This document shows positions 25,713-38,399 of a stretch of DNA of 64,000 bases, one piece after another. Positions within the stretch are counted from its first letter, which is position 1; each line of letters starts with the position of its first letter. The DNA is from Dendrobates tinctorius (Eukaryota), in assembly GCF_039654945.1 (NCBI RefSeq), contig NW_027361704.1, positions 42,036,001 to 42,100,000 of the forward strand, given 5' to 3'. Under the pieces are notes generated by a model. That model was not told the origin of the DNA and ran no database searches. It saw only the letters and a program-made list of their open reading frames with translations. The position numbers were made by a program, and so were the translations under genes.

Positions 25713-27904
25713 GCTTCGGTGGGTGTTACCTCTGCTTCCCAGGTCTCCTTTGCACTGTCCAGTAGACTCCAAGAGTGCCGTCCATATAAGAGCTCGAAAG
25801 GTGAGAACGCCGTAGAGGCCTGTGGGACTTATCTAATGGAGAACATCTGTCTGTGGATAACAAACTGACGTTGGGTAATCTGGAGGGCCTAAAACACAAC
25901 TCCTTCATTACCTTGGACATGAACGGTGTTCCTTGGTCTGTCAGGATCTCCTTCGGCAGGCCGTTCTAGGAGAAAAATATGAACTAGCTACCGTGCTCTA
26001 CTCTTGGCGGAAGAGTTTCTTAGTGGTACCACCTCTGGGTACTGCGTAGCATAGTCGATTACCACCAGGTGTATTTATGACAGGTCAAATGGGACTTCGA
26101 TATGGGTAACAACACTACAGGATTGCAGAAATGGGATACGGGAGCAGTTAGCCGACAGGTAGAACAGGATCAGCAGAAATTAACAATGACCCTATGACAC
26201 CCAGATCAATAAAACCTCTGAAGGACTCACTCTTAAGTTTTATCTACTCCCCCTCCAAGATATGAGCATGGGCCAGATCTAGTGCTCTACGTCTATAGGG
26301 TCTTGGAACTAACAGCTGCTTTAATACTTCCCCTCACTGTTTAGTGATCCGATATAGCAAGTCCTCATTGACTGCAAAGTATGGGAACCTGGAGTCAACC
26401 TCCAGCTCTTGGGCAACCCCATTTATCACAGTCACATTTTCTTTCAAGTTCATTTTTTAAAGTTAAAACCTGCATTTGGGCAGACCCAAAATTCCCACCA
26501 GAAAGCTCCAGTTCAGGAATTCCGGCCTCACTGGTCACCATCTCGTCCTCGTCACCAGCCAGGAGACACAAAGGGAACGCATCCACCTCCGACTGTGATG
26601 AGGTTTCATCAGGGTTGAGCTGGCTCCTGTGTGTCACTTGGCATCCCCGCCTGCCTTTCCCCAAAAGTTCCATAAAAGGCTGAAGTCCCGCCCGATTAGC
26701 ATGGGGTGTAGCAAACATTTGACTACTCCGACCTCATGGGACTCAGTACCCCAGCTCATTTTTGTAGACACTCTGATGATGGGATAGTCCTTGGCGTCCC
26801 AGCGGATAAAGCGAATGCCCACATGTTTCCCTGGGATCAACTGGTGGGGAAGTGTGGCCCTTATCTGGGTCACCAAGCTCCCAGAATCTAAGAGTCCTGA
26901 CACCAGCATCCCATTTATTGACATGGGACATGCCTGCAGCCCCTCACCGGGCTGATAGTCCACACTGAAGGTGGGATAGGCATAGTAGGAGCAGCACCTC
27001 CCTAAGCAGCAGTCCATCTCTTCTGAGGACAAAAGATCATGGGCGACTTTATGTCCCGGACCACGACATCTCCAGCAAAGCAAGTCTTTACCCATTGCCT
27101 TTAACAATCTCTCAGCGACCCCTTAGGATCTAGGACTCCCTTCCCCCAGTGGTGGCTCTACTAGCCCTTTTTTGGGGCTCAGGTTCTCGCTGGGTACCCC
27201 AGTATGGGGATGCACCACCCCCTGGCTTTCTTAGGGACCTCTCGACCACCTCGTGCCATTTCACTAGGCCCACCAGTTCGTTCGTATTCCAGGGATCTCT
27301 CTGGGCAACCCAGGTCTGCATTAGCATTAGACGCGAGTGTCCGAATCTGTCCATAACCTGCTCGACCATCTGGGTTGGAGTGAAAGATTCTGGCTGCAAC
27401 TATTTTTGCACAAAATGCAGTAGATCAAACATTTGGGATCGAGGCGGTTTGTCCCTATAATAAGCCCAGTGGTGAACCCTTTGTGATCTGACTGACAGTC
27501 ACTCCCGCGAGTGTCAAAATTTCAGTTTTTAGTTTGGAATACTCCTGCACATCCTGTAATGCCAAAACATAACAGATCTTCTGGGGCCAGCACCTCCGCC
27601 CACTACTCTGGCGGTTGTTTCTCACTCTCTGACACCCGCTTGAGCACAGTCAAAAATGCCTCCACATCATCACCTGCCGGGCTTTCACGAACTGCCGCTG
27701 TGAGCAAGTCAATCTGCTGCTGTTGCATTTGCTGTATAAGCAGTTTACAGGTCTCTTGTTGCGCCATATGTTGCTGCTGTAATAGCGGCTGGTCCTGCTG
27801 TTGCTGTGCTTGTACCAGATGTTTGAGCAGGTCCTTCATTTTGCCTGACATTGTATGCTGGCTTGCGGCTTCCTTCATCCAGGACATGCAGTACCTCTTG
27901 TAGC

Positions 27905-29296
27905 TGTTGCACCCCTGAGGCTCAGTCGCCACAGATGTACTGCACCTTCTCCTAAGGTGTAGTGCCCCACCAACTAGGTAAGTTGGGAACTCCTTGGCAC
28001 GCTCCAACACCTGCATCCCACACACAGGATAGTTCAGTAGGTCCGCCTAGTAGCTTCAGGCTGGGGGTAGCAGAGCACCCTTTGTGTATCCCTGCTTCGT
28101 AACACGAGATGTGCTGGGAGGTGAGTGGAGTTAGTATAAAAGAGTGGGAAGGTTTAGAGTTGGAGCTCAGTCAGATGGGGAGTCTGAGTCAGAGAGCAGG
28201 CGGACTGGAAGCCAGCCTGAGGGGAGCTCAAGGCGGAGGAATGCAGTCAGTCAGGAGAAGCTGAGGACTGGTCTTAGTGGAACGAGCTCCCCAGAAGAGA
28301 GATAGAAGAGAGAGTGCTGCAGCTGCCTCAGTGATCTGAGCCAGCTGGCACGGGAAAGGAACAGAAGGAGAGAGACGTAGATCTGCAACCTAAGCTTCCA
28401 TAAGAGAGAGAAGGAACAGCGAGGAATGAAGGAGTAGGAGAACAGAGAGGAGTTGTGGGTTGGAAGAGGAACCCTGCCTATAGGTTCTCAGCGCAAGGCC
28501 GGGGCCCGGTCCCAGAGGTTGTATGGACACTTATGGTTCTGCAGCAGACATCGGTGAAGTAGTTGGCTGTAAATGCACTACTCCCATCCAAGACTTGGGA
28601 CACAACGGCAACCGATTTGCGAGCCAGGACTCTGAAAGGAGTCCCCGATAGAGGCTACAGCTGTCTGTCATACAAGTAAGGTTCTAGGAACATCTGACAG
28701 GAGGAATTCCAGAGAACTACGGTACTGGAGCTCTTCACATTAAAAGGCGCAATAGAGGAGTCGTTCAGGAAAGGCACATGTTGGCGGAGTGTTGGAGAGG
28801 AGAACCCTGACTTGCCCCGGAGGTTGATTGAGTCTCTACCCCGGAGGACACGGCACGGAGGCGGGCACCAGTGGGTACCACGAACTGTGAGTAAAGCTTT
28901 GAAACTACAAGCCCTGGAGTCCTCCATTCATTCGTCGCTAACCCCTTCAGCACCGCTACTTCTGGGTACCAGCATCTATACCATTCTGCGCCTCTCCTCA
29001 TCCATTGCACCCTCACTGCCCTGGGACTACAGCTCCACCATCTTTGCTGCACCACACCATAAGTCCCAGTGGATCTGCATGCAGCGTTGGCTCAACATCT
29101 TACTTGCCAAACACCACGGGTGGCGTCACAAACTATTCAACTAAGCTATAACACTATTGACATCACGGCCATTGATATTGGGCACCCAGGGCCACGGACC
29201 GGGTCACCGCTGCTGTGACACATCCCCCCCTGACAACGGCCCGGTACAGAGTACCCCGCTGCCCTGGGTGTGAGGGGCGACCCATAGCCGTAACAC
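27905..29296 (+). mobile_element. Probable solo LTR upstream of the Gypsy gag
   Basis: TGTTGCACCCC...GTAACA termini; TATAAA at ~28135; AGTAAA at ~28890; no TSD seen. Confidence 0.5.
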
Positions 29297-30530
29297 GTGT
29301 TCGCTGGGAATGCTGCCCGCACATTATATCCCATTGTGAGACTGTCTGCATAGTTATCATTACAAGGAATCTGTTTACAGATTTTTGCTACCCCATCTTA
29401 GAACAACATAATGTAGGGGAAGAGATCCTGATTCCAGCGACCATTAACTGGGATTCTTGTTGTCATATTGATACAGTCATAGTTTTCTCCACTGCAGATC
29501 TAGCAGTTCTCTGAATGCTGAGCTCTGTATAGCCGCACCACCACTGATGGGCTGAATGCTGTCCATGTACAGTGTACACTGAAAGCTGCCAACCAGTATT
29601 GGGGGTGGTGTTATGCAGGGCTCATGAATATGGAGGATTGCCTGGCAGCAGGTTTAGAAGTCCTCTAATGATAATCTCCTGCTAATAAAACACTAATTTA
29701 ATCAAAACTACATTAAGCAGTGGAGTGACATCACTGGAATGAGGGTGTCTGACATTTTCAGAGGAAATTGGCTCACAAGACTGTCAACTGCTGGACAAGG
29801 TCGGTGTTACACATCAGTATATGGACTACGATACAGACTAGTACATAAGAGGGTGCCGAGTTCAGATCAGGAGACCTGCAGCCAAACCATGCAATTCAGT
29901 TGAAGTACAGATGGCGAAACACACAGGCCTTAGATGTACATGGGCACAACAAAAATTCAGTGCAGGTCACAGGCTCTTCCCCGCATCCAGGTGGTTAGAG
30001 GGATGAAGCTTACTTCATCACTGATGGGTTATTGTGACAGACAGGGTCCTAATAATGGTGTAAAAACACTTTAACAAGTTGCAAAAGTTTTGTGCAATTC
30101 AAGGTTGCCCAAAAAAGTTGCGTTTTGTTAAAAAATGGGCTGGCATGACATCACCGCTCATCTAATTCATGATGATCTGCGACAGACACGCCTAAATGAA
30201 TCAAGATCGTCCTTTTCAAGACTGGCGTTGTTCATGCCTCAGAGCGAAGGGCCTAATCGGATGCTTGCGAGTGGCTTGTTGACAAGCTTGATGCACTAGA
30301 ATACAAAAGTACTGTAGTGTACTATCTGGGTTACCACTGTGTGACAATATCGCCATGCAAATCCTCATTTCTTTAACATGCTTTTAGTAATCATTTTTCA
30401 ACTTGTAAAATATAAAAAAAGAATTTCCATTCATAAAGCAAACATATCAATTAAAGTCCAATATAAAGTTTCACTTTCTGGGCATCAGTGTTCAAAGCAT
30501 ATTGAGCCTCATATTGCGAGTGGTCCCTGT

Positions 30531-30835
30531 TAGGGATGAGCGAATAGCTTTGGATAACTCCATATCTGAATAGCTATAGCACTTACTGAATAGCTGCATC
30601 GGGAACCGGGATACCTGGAGCGCTCCCGATGATCAGCGGCATGTGTCCCAGCTGTGCGACAGTCAGGCTCTCCATGCAAGTGTTGTGACTGTCACACAGC
30701 CACAACACATGCAGCTGCGGCGCCGATCAGCCGATTATCGGGAGAACTCCAGGTATTCAGCTTTCGATGCAGCTATTCAGTAAGCGCTATAGATATTCAG
30801 ATAAGGAGTTATCCGCACCTATTCGCTTATCCCTA
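30531..30835. mobile_element. hAT-type palindromic MITE
   Basis: TIR TAGGGATGAGCGAATAG / CTATTCGCTTATCCCTA; 8-bp TSD GTCCCTGT at 30523-30530 and 30836-30843. Confidence 0.85.
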
Positions 30836-32269
30836 GTCCCTGTACAAATAAATCTAAAACATGTTTGACAATTAATGTTATGTCAACCATGATCCCCCTC
30901 CCCCACAAATAAGCCACCAACAGATCCCATTACTTATAATGGCGTTTGGTAGGGTTTCAGTAAAGTTATTGAGTCATAGCTGGCATTTCTGATCCCTCAG
31001 GGCTTGTCAGCTCGCCTATCAGTCCCTATGTCCTCAACGGCAAATGTCGATAATGGGTAAGTGAATGGAGTGGAGTAGAATCCCATGTGGACTAGCAGGT
31101 ACAGCTCAGGAATGGATGGAACGAAATGCACAAGCTGTTTTCTTCATTATTTTAGGAGTAAAATGTTCCACTAAGTAGCCATTTGAATAGGGTAAAATAT
31201 GGTATTTACAAGAAACCATTTATATACTGAACTACTTTCTCATAAAAAATTTGCCGTAAATGACATAGAATAGCAACCTGCTCATAAAAGAAAGAAATTC
31301 GAAAAATAATGTTGTACCCCTCACTTCAGTGCCACTGATAGGTTTATGGCTATTCAGAGGATCATAAAACACAATAAAATCGGGGGGTTTTTAACTTTCA
31401 ACTTCATAGTCACCCGGCGCAGGACTGGATGCTTCTCAGAAAACTGGAAATCAAATTAAACGTAGACTTTTTGTGAACAGTCATGACAAGCATAATCCTC
31501 CTTACCATGTTAATTTATGGTAAACGGCTGCAATATCAGCCACAGGTGTTGCTTTTAATATATGGAGTGCAGCTGGCTGGGAATATCAGTTCTCACAAGA
31601 CTGAAAATGACATCACTATCAGACATGAAAGATAGAAAAATAATAATCAAAAAATGTTGTATTCTATGTATGTATTATACACTGCATGTGTGCATTTACA
31701 TATATTATACTGTATATATACACACACACACAGTGTATAATAATAGTCAGAATAAAAATGAAATAAAATGAGAGGTGGGTGGGGTGGCAAAAGGTGACCA
31801 GTCCCAAAAATTATTATTTTGTTGGCTTCTCTTTGTCAAGTCACAAAACAATTGGGGGGGTAAATGTACAACTGAAGTTACTTTATATCGTTAAACAATG
31901 GTTCTATTTCATGATCTGTTGACTTTCATTTGATCAGCTTATAAAAGAAAAGTGGGTTTTCTAAGTATAGGTACAGTGCCTCCAAAATGAAAATGGCTTT
32001 TGTGTTTTCATGGTAACAGACTACAAAAACTCTGAGTGGTCTGATTCTTTCACCATATTGCCATCTCTCCTCTACATTTTGCCAACCTACCAAACGTAGA
32101 ATAAATAGAGTATAGATAGGTGCAAATTCCTGATTATAGGACAAGAGCCATAAAACTACAAGGACTCTAATCAGTTATCTCGACAACATCCTGGCCTGCT
32201 TAGAACCTGTAGACCATTTGAGATCATTGGTGAAGTCTGTTTGCAAACTTGCTTCATTTTACTTCAACA

Positions 32270-32607
32270 AACCCCTATCAATCCATATGTTTGCCCACAG
32301 TAAAATAACACTTGTACGCCCCTCCGATGTCATTCTAGTGGTGTCGGTCGATCCATGTGGCCAATCAGCACTCTCACAGCGCTCACTTCCTCCGGATGTA
32401 AGTGATTTGTCCAAAGGCAGGTAGAGTGGAGCGGCCGCTGATTGCTACCTCACAAGATCCGTGCGGCCAATGTCACACGAATGCCAGGAGAGGCAGTGCG
32501 GACACAGCTGGAACAGTGCTGGTACCAGAGGTGGATATAAGTGTTATTATTTTACTGGGGCTAACATATGGATTGAGAAGGGTTTGTCCAAGTATTGGAC
32601 AACCACT
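32270..32607. mobile_element. Decayed TTAA-flanked (Kolobok/T2-like) MITE
   Basis: Inverted arms CAATCCATATGTTTGCCCACAGTAAAATAA / TTATTTTACTGGGGCTAACATATGGATTG; right end GGACAACCACT|TTAA. Confidence 0.5.
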
Positions 32608-34895
32608 TTAACATTTTAATAGGCCATAATTAGTGGTCTTCCGAGTGGAAAGTAACAGCGGAATACAAGGCTTGCCATCAAATTTTTCTTCCCCTAGAGA
32701 CTTGCCTCATTTACAAGCCACACACCTTCCCCAAGCTTCTCAGATAGCCCAGATACGTATCCAAACATACAATCGGGGTCATGTCTGTTGGTGGAGCTTC
32801 CCAATATCCCACACAATACACAAACCTTACAATACTGAAAAATGTTCGTTTCTTCCCTTATCTGCTTTCCTGGACATTTGCTGACTTTTTCCAGAGTTAA
32901 GGAGATCCTTCCTGTCCCTGGTATATTCACAGATGTTCTGGGAAAGTTGGCAAGGGTGCCAAACCTACTCTTCCCTATTTATTGAATAATCATCTTGAGG
33001 TGGCTTAAGTAGTATGCAGTACATTTTTACTGCTAGGGTCAGCACTTTTTTTACTTACGAAAATATTTCAAAATAGCTGCAACCAATCACTCTCTAATTT
33101 CCAAAGGACTATCCTGTTTTGGAGGATTTTCCTGTGGAACTTATTTAAATTTTAGAACAAAACATAATAAAAGTATAATCCGCCATACAATATAAGCCGG
33201 TAATCTGAGAGAGTGCTTCCAGTGACACAGGACTATATTACTGGAACAGCGAGATGCCTAATTCTTCATTCATTAGCCCAGATATACATGACTGGTCTTT
33301 AAACCTCACTTCAGATGTAAAGCGTATATTTATTAAACTGCTACAAGGCCACCATGTAAAACGCTTTGCGTTGCTATAATAAGCCCAAAAAAGTGATGCC
33401 TTGAAAAAGAGGTTTAATAACGTAGTGATTCAGAATGGGTTTCTTTTTTTTGGCACACAGACCAGTAGTCGGTTCATTTTATAGATTTACCACTGCTTTG
33501 GAAAGTATATAATTTAACACATCTTATGCGTTTTACATATAATAAGAATATGTTACATTATATAATAATGATCATAATAAAAGTAGCAATTAATACCAGA
33601 GCATAGTAAACTCGTCCTCTGAAAATATGATCTGAGAAGCACTAAACATGTAGCACATAGAGCTACAGCAAAATAAAAAATATATATGTTTATAGTATAT
33701 TTATATTTTTTCTGAATTTTTTAAATATTCTATCACAATCCATTAGAAAATTAAATGAGGCAACACCATCTGCTTTAACCATCCAGGTTTGGTCAAAGAG
33801 CTGAATTGGAAAGCAAACTACAACTTAAACTTTCCACCAGAGATGTGCAAACAATGGAGACCAGGGCAGAGAATCCTAACCTCATTCAGCAGGTTTTACT
33901 ACTGATTTATCTACCAATACATCAAAAAAGAAAAACATGGCTAATGTCTTTCTAAAACAGAGCCACCTATAGCTATATGTTGTTACTGGAAGGTAAACTC
34001 AGCCCCACTTAAGTGAATAAAAGCAAGCTGCAATACCATGCACAACCCATAATCAGTGGTGGCACTTGTTTCTAAGAGAAAGCAGACATATTTTTCTAAT
34101 CCTGGATAACCCCTTTAAGGGGCCCTTTAAAAGGATCAATGATCACTCTTTAGAACCGGAAATGTATCCGCCTGAGGGAAAGGACCCAATAGGCCACTTT
34201 TTGAAATTGCAGGTTTTTGGGTCTACTTGGTCTTAGAAATATTGATGCAAAATATAAAACAAAATGGTACTGTGCGAATGTGGCTTTATGATCAGTTATA
34301 CAAAAAAGTATCAGTAAAAACTTGTAATTCAGATCTCCAATACAGATGTATTATAGATAAAAGACCACTTACTGTTCCCGTTCTCTCCCCAAGTCATTAA
34401 ATCTTTTACTCCAATAACCATACTGGGAACTGTCTGCATATACACTATATAGAAAAAATATTTGTACACACTGTCACAGGGATACTGTGACAGAGAGGGG
34501 CCAGAAGATTGCGGAGTCTGATTAAACGTACGCCTGCACTGATTGGAGCTCTTTCACCTTCCTATTAGCAGTGCAGGTTTCCCTTTCTCTGTTATTGCAA
34601 GGGATAATCAGTTCTGTTTATCTCCAACCTGTGTGGTCTCAGCTGTTCTGTGTTTGCCACTCCTCTCTGATATATATGCTCACCTCTTGCACTTGAGAGT
34701 TGCAAGTGATTGCTTACTACTTCCTGGTTTGGAGTTGGAGGAGTGTGCAGAGTTTGGAGCGGCATTTGGCGTTGTATCAGGAGATATCTGCGTCAAGTTA
34801 GTTTGTGTGTGTCTTCTTATACTTTTTTTCCCCCCCATTTGGTTTACATCCCCTTTTCCTTCCATATATTCCACTCATTTGTTTTTATTTTTGTA

Positions 34896-36010
34896 CTAGC
34901 TGAAGAGCCCGGCGCTGCCCTGGCACAGTAACCAACTATGGTTTGTTATAACAAATTATAATGATTATATCTATATATAAAGCTGAGTGTATAGCCCTGC
35001 TCACTCCGCATAGCCACATTCAGTATAATATCCCACATCATCCTGTCAGCCAGAGCTACGGGACTACTAATATACCACATCATCCCGTCAAAGCCACCGG
35101 ACTACTACCCCTAATATCCCACATCATCCCATCAGCCAGAGCCACCGGACTACTCCCCCTAATATCCCACATCATCCCGTCAGCCAGAGCCACCGAACTA
35201 CTACCCTTAGTAACCACATCATCCCGTCCTGGGGATCCCTTTAAAAGAGGCCTGGCGTCAGAACCAGAGTGCCGAGTGGATTTGCCCTGACTTTCATACC
35301 AATGATCCCTTTAATAGAAGCTTGGGGTGAGAATAAGAGCGCTGACGGATTTACCCTAACTTCCATACCGGAGATCCCTTTAAGAGAGGCATGAGGTCAG
35401 TACCAAAGCGCAGAGTGGATTTTCCCTCACTTCCATACCGGGATCCCTTTAAGAGGCCCCGGGGTCAGAACCACAGAGCTGAGTGGAACGGTCCTAACTT
35501 GCATACCGGCGATCCTTTTAAGAGAGCCTGGGATCAGAACCAGAGCGCCGAGTGGATTTGCCCTGACTTGCATACCAGTGATCCTTTTTATACAATCCTG
35601 GGGTCAGATTCAGAGCGCCGAGGGATTTGCCCTAACTTCCATACCAATGATCCCTTTAAGAGACCCTGTGGTCAGAACCACAGAGCTGAGTGGAACGGTC
35701 CTAACTTCCATACTGGGGAAGATGTGCCTGTGGGATGGAGGATGTGTGATGGGTATATGGGAATGGGAGGGAGGGGGATTCATTTCTGTCATGTCCTCTC
35801 TGCTCCTTTCTGGGGGGCAGACAATGGCTGGGAGCTTATGTTCCCAGGCATGCAAGATTTCTCCCACTCGGTCAGTGTTTGCAGAGGTGTCGTGGAGTGG
35901 GAAAACTGTTGCTCATAGCAACCAATCACAACTCAGCTTCTTTTAAACAGCTCTGGTGAAATGAAAGATGCTTTGCGATTGGTTGGTGACACACACATTC
36001 AAATATATAT
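34896..36010. mobile_element. Composite Helitron-like region with ~50-60-bp tandem repeats
   Basis: CTAGCTGAAGAGCCCGGCGCTGCCC matches the Helitron 3' end at 16812; an opposite-strand 5' end ATCTATATATAAAGCTG follows at ~34968; GATCCCTTTAAGAG repeats at 35230-35715. Confidence 0.6.
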
Positions 36011-36019
36011 AATTGGTTA

Positions 36020-36535
36020 GCATCCTCAATCAGAACCTCCCACTCCCGTCTCCAAGACTTTACACGTGCTGCGCCAATTCTTTGGAATGCACTTCCCAGG
36101 TCAATACAATTAGTCCCCAATCCCTACAATTTTAAACGTGGCCTGAAAATGCATTTATTCAGATTGGCCTACCACCTCAACACATTAACCTAACTATCCC
36201 TGTGTGGCACAGTCAAAAGTTTTACCATAACCAGGTTCCCTGCATTATGTTCCCACATGCTTTATGCGTCTATCAGCCCTTTGTGTCTGTACTGTTATAC
36301 ACTTAACATTATGGCTTATCCAAACAATCAGGGCAATTGTTACCACCCACCTTTCGTGTCTACCTCTTTCCTCAGACTGTAAGCTTGCGAGCAGGGCCCT
36401 CATTCCTCTTGGTATCTGTTATGATCTATGTGACTATTGTTATTCTGTAATGTCTATCGTCTGTACAAGTCCCTTCTGAAATGTAAAGTGCTGCGGAATG
36501 TGTCAGCGCTATAGAAATAAAATTTATTATTATTA
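36020..36535 (+). mobile_element. L2-type LINE 3' fragment
   Basis: Translates ...RAAPILWNALPRSIQL...FKRGLKMHLF; 3' UTR with GACTGTAAGCT and an (ATT)n tail. Confidence 0.75.
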
Positions 36536-36645
36536 TGATTGCAGTTTTATTTTATCCCTGTCTGTTTTCCCTCTGTGTATTTACATTCCAGCAGGGGTAG
36601 CGATTCTACAATCCTACTCACTATTCAGAGTGATACTCATGGTAA

Positions 36646-37105
36646 GGCCTGTTTCACACATCCGTTTGTGTCCATCAGTCAAAATCCGCCGTTTTGCAAA
36701 AAAATGGATCCGCCATTTTTCTTGGCGGATCTGTTTTTTTTCCCATTGAGTTGCATTACCGGCGGATCTTGACGGATGGCCATCCATTGGATCCGTTTTT
36801 TGCGGATCCGCCAAAATTTTGACGTCCGCCGACATGCCCGAACGGACCATGCAACGTTTTTTCGGCTGGCAGGATCCGCACTACTCACTGAGCATGCCCG
36901 AAAGACTTCACTCAGCCGAGAATTTAACCCTAAACTCTGTTCTGGCGGCTGAAAAATTCTCTCTCTCTCTGGCAGCGGTTCCTTTGACGGATCCGTTAAA
37001 ATAACGGTCCGGTGACAAATATTGTGGTCAGTACAGGAACGGATCCGCTATCCGCCATTTTAGCGGATTTGGACTGACCAAAAAAACTGATGTGTGAAAC
37101 AGGCC
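36646..37105. mobile_element. Harbinger-type MITE
   Basis: TAA|GGCCTGTTTCACACATC...GATGTGTGAAACAGGCC|TAA. Confidence 0.88.
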
Positions 37106-38399
37106 TAAGACAGTGATAGGAATGTGATTGCAGCACAGGGTTAAAGAACCAGGCTCGGAACACCTGAGGAGCAGAGGATGGCGCAGGGCAAGAATCAGAC
37201 GTGCCCCTTGTTTCCTTCCCAAATTGTCTCCCAATGTACAATCTTACTCCCAGTAGAAGCATGACAACAGGTTTTAACCATTAAATACAATGTAGGGAAG
37301 TCACTCTACGGCAGCAATTGAGGTAGGCGCAAGCCAAAACCTACTTAGTCAAATATGAAAATTTATTTAACTTCATAAATCTTCAAATGAAACAAACAGT
37401 CTTTCACTGGCAACACAGTTTAACATAAAATAAAACAGTCTTTACAGATGTACGACTCACCAGTTAACCAGGGTCTCTATGACTAGTCTTTCTTAACTAC
37501 AACAGACGACAATAACAGGCAGTCTTAAACGGCCTTAGGCCTGTTTCACACATCCGTTTGTGTCCATCAGTCAAAATCCGCCGTTTTGCAAAAAAAAACG
37601 GATCCGCCATTTTTCTTGGCGGATCCGTTTTTTTCCCATTGAGTTGCATTATCAGCGGATCTTGACGGATGGCCATCCGTTGGATCCAATTTTTTGCGGA
37701 TCCGCCAAAATTTTGACGTCCGCCGACATGTCCAAACGGAGCATGCAACGTTTTTTCGGGCGGCCGGATGCGCAATTCTCACTGCGCAAGCCCAAAAGAC
37801 TTCACTCTGCCGCAAATTTAACCCTAAACTCTGTTCTGGCGGCTGAAACATTCTCTCTCTCTCTCTCTCTCTCGGCAGCGGTTCCTTTAAAATTCTTCCT
37901 TTGACGGAGCCGTTAAAATAACGGACCGGTGCCAAACGTCGTGGTCAGTACAGGAACGGATCCGTTATCCGCCATTTTAGTGGATTTTTACTGACCAAAA
38001 AAACTGATGCGAGAAAGTCTTAGTTACTCACCGGTTAACGGTATTTTTCGGAGCCCATGACAGCACCACCTGAGAGAGGGGATCCGCCCTTTAGGAACAG
38101 GAAACCTACAGATACAAAAGGGTGGCACCTCTCCCACACATCAGTTGGATTACAGAGCACAAGAGGACTTCCAAGGTTAATGCATGATTTATGTACAGTA
38201 TTCTTATTATTATTATAAATGTTTATCACCAGTGGGCATATACAAGAGGAAGACGTGCACACCCAAATTAAACTAAAGGGAGGGAATATACGGGTGCTGT
38301 CATGGACTCCGAAATATACCGTTAACTGGTGAGTAACTAAGACTTTATTCGGTCGTCCATGACAGCACCACCTGAGAGAATTACAGAGAGTAAAACTAT

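Larger units (their letters stand above)
22672..27900 (-). mobile_element. Decayed Gypsy LTR retrotransposon, Gmr1-like (gag-PR-IN-RT-RH order)
   Basis: Minus-strand fragments: gag (DDVEAFL; CWRCRGPGH), protease LLDSGS, integrase (VIDYATQYPE, EILTDQGTPFMSKVMKELC, GPY...YHINLLKPW), RT (HLQKVQAILDALRKAG; FLGIAGYYR), RNase H (FVLQMDASEVSLGALLSQ; VEKECLAIKW). Confidence 0.88.

Noticed and set aside
27511-28025. PolyQ/polyC host protein
   Set aside because: It is the Gln-rich N-terminus of the Gypsy gag and its antisense frame.
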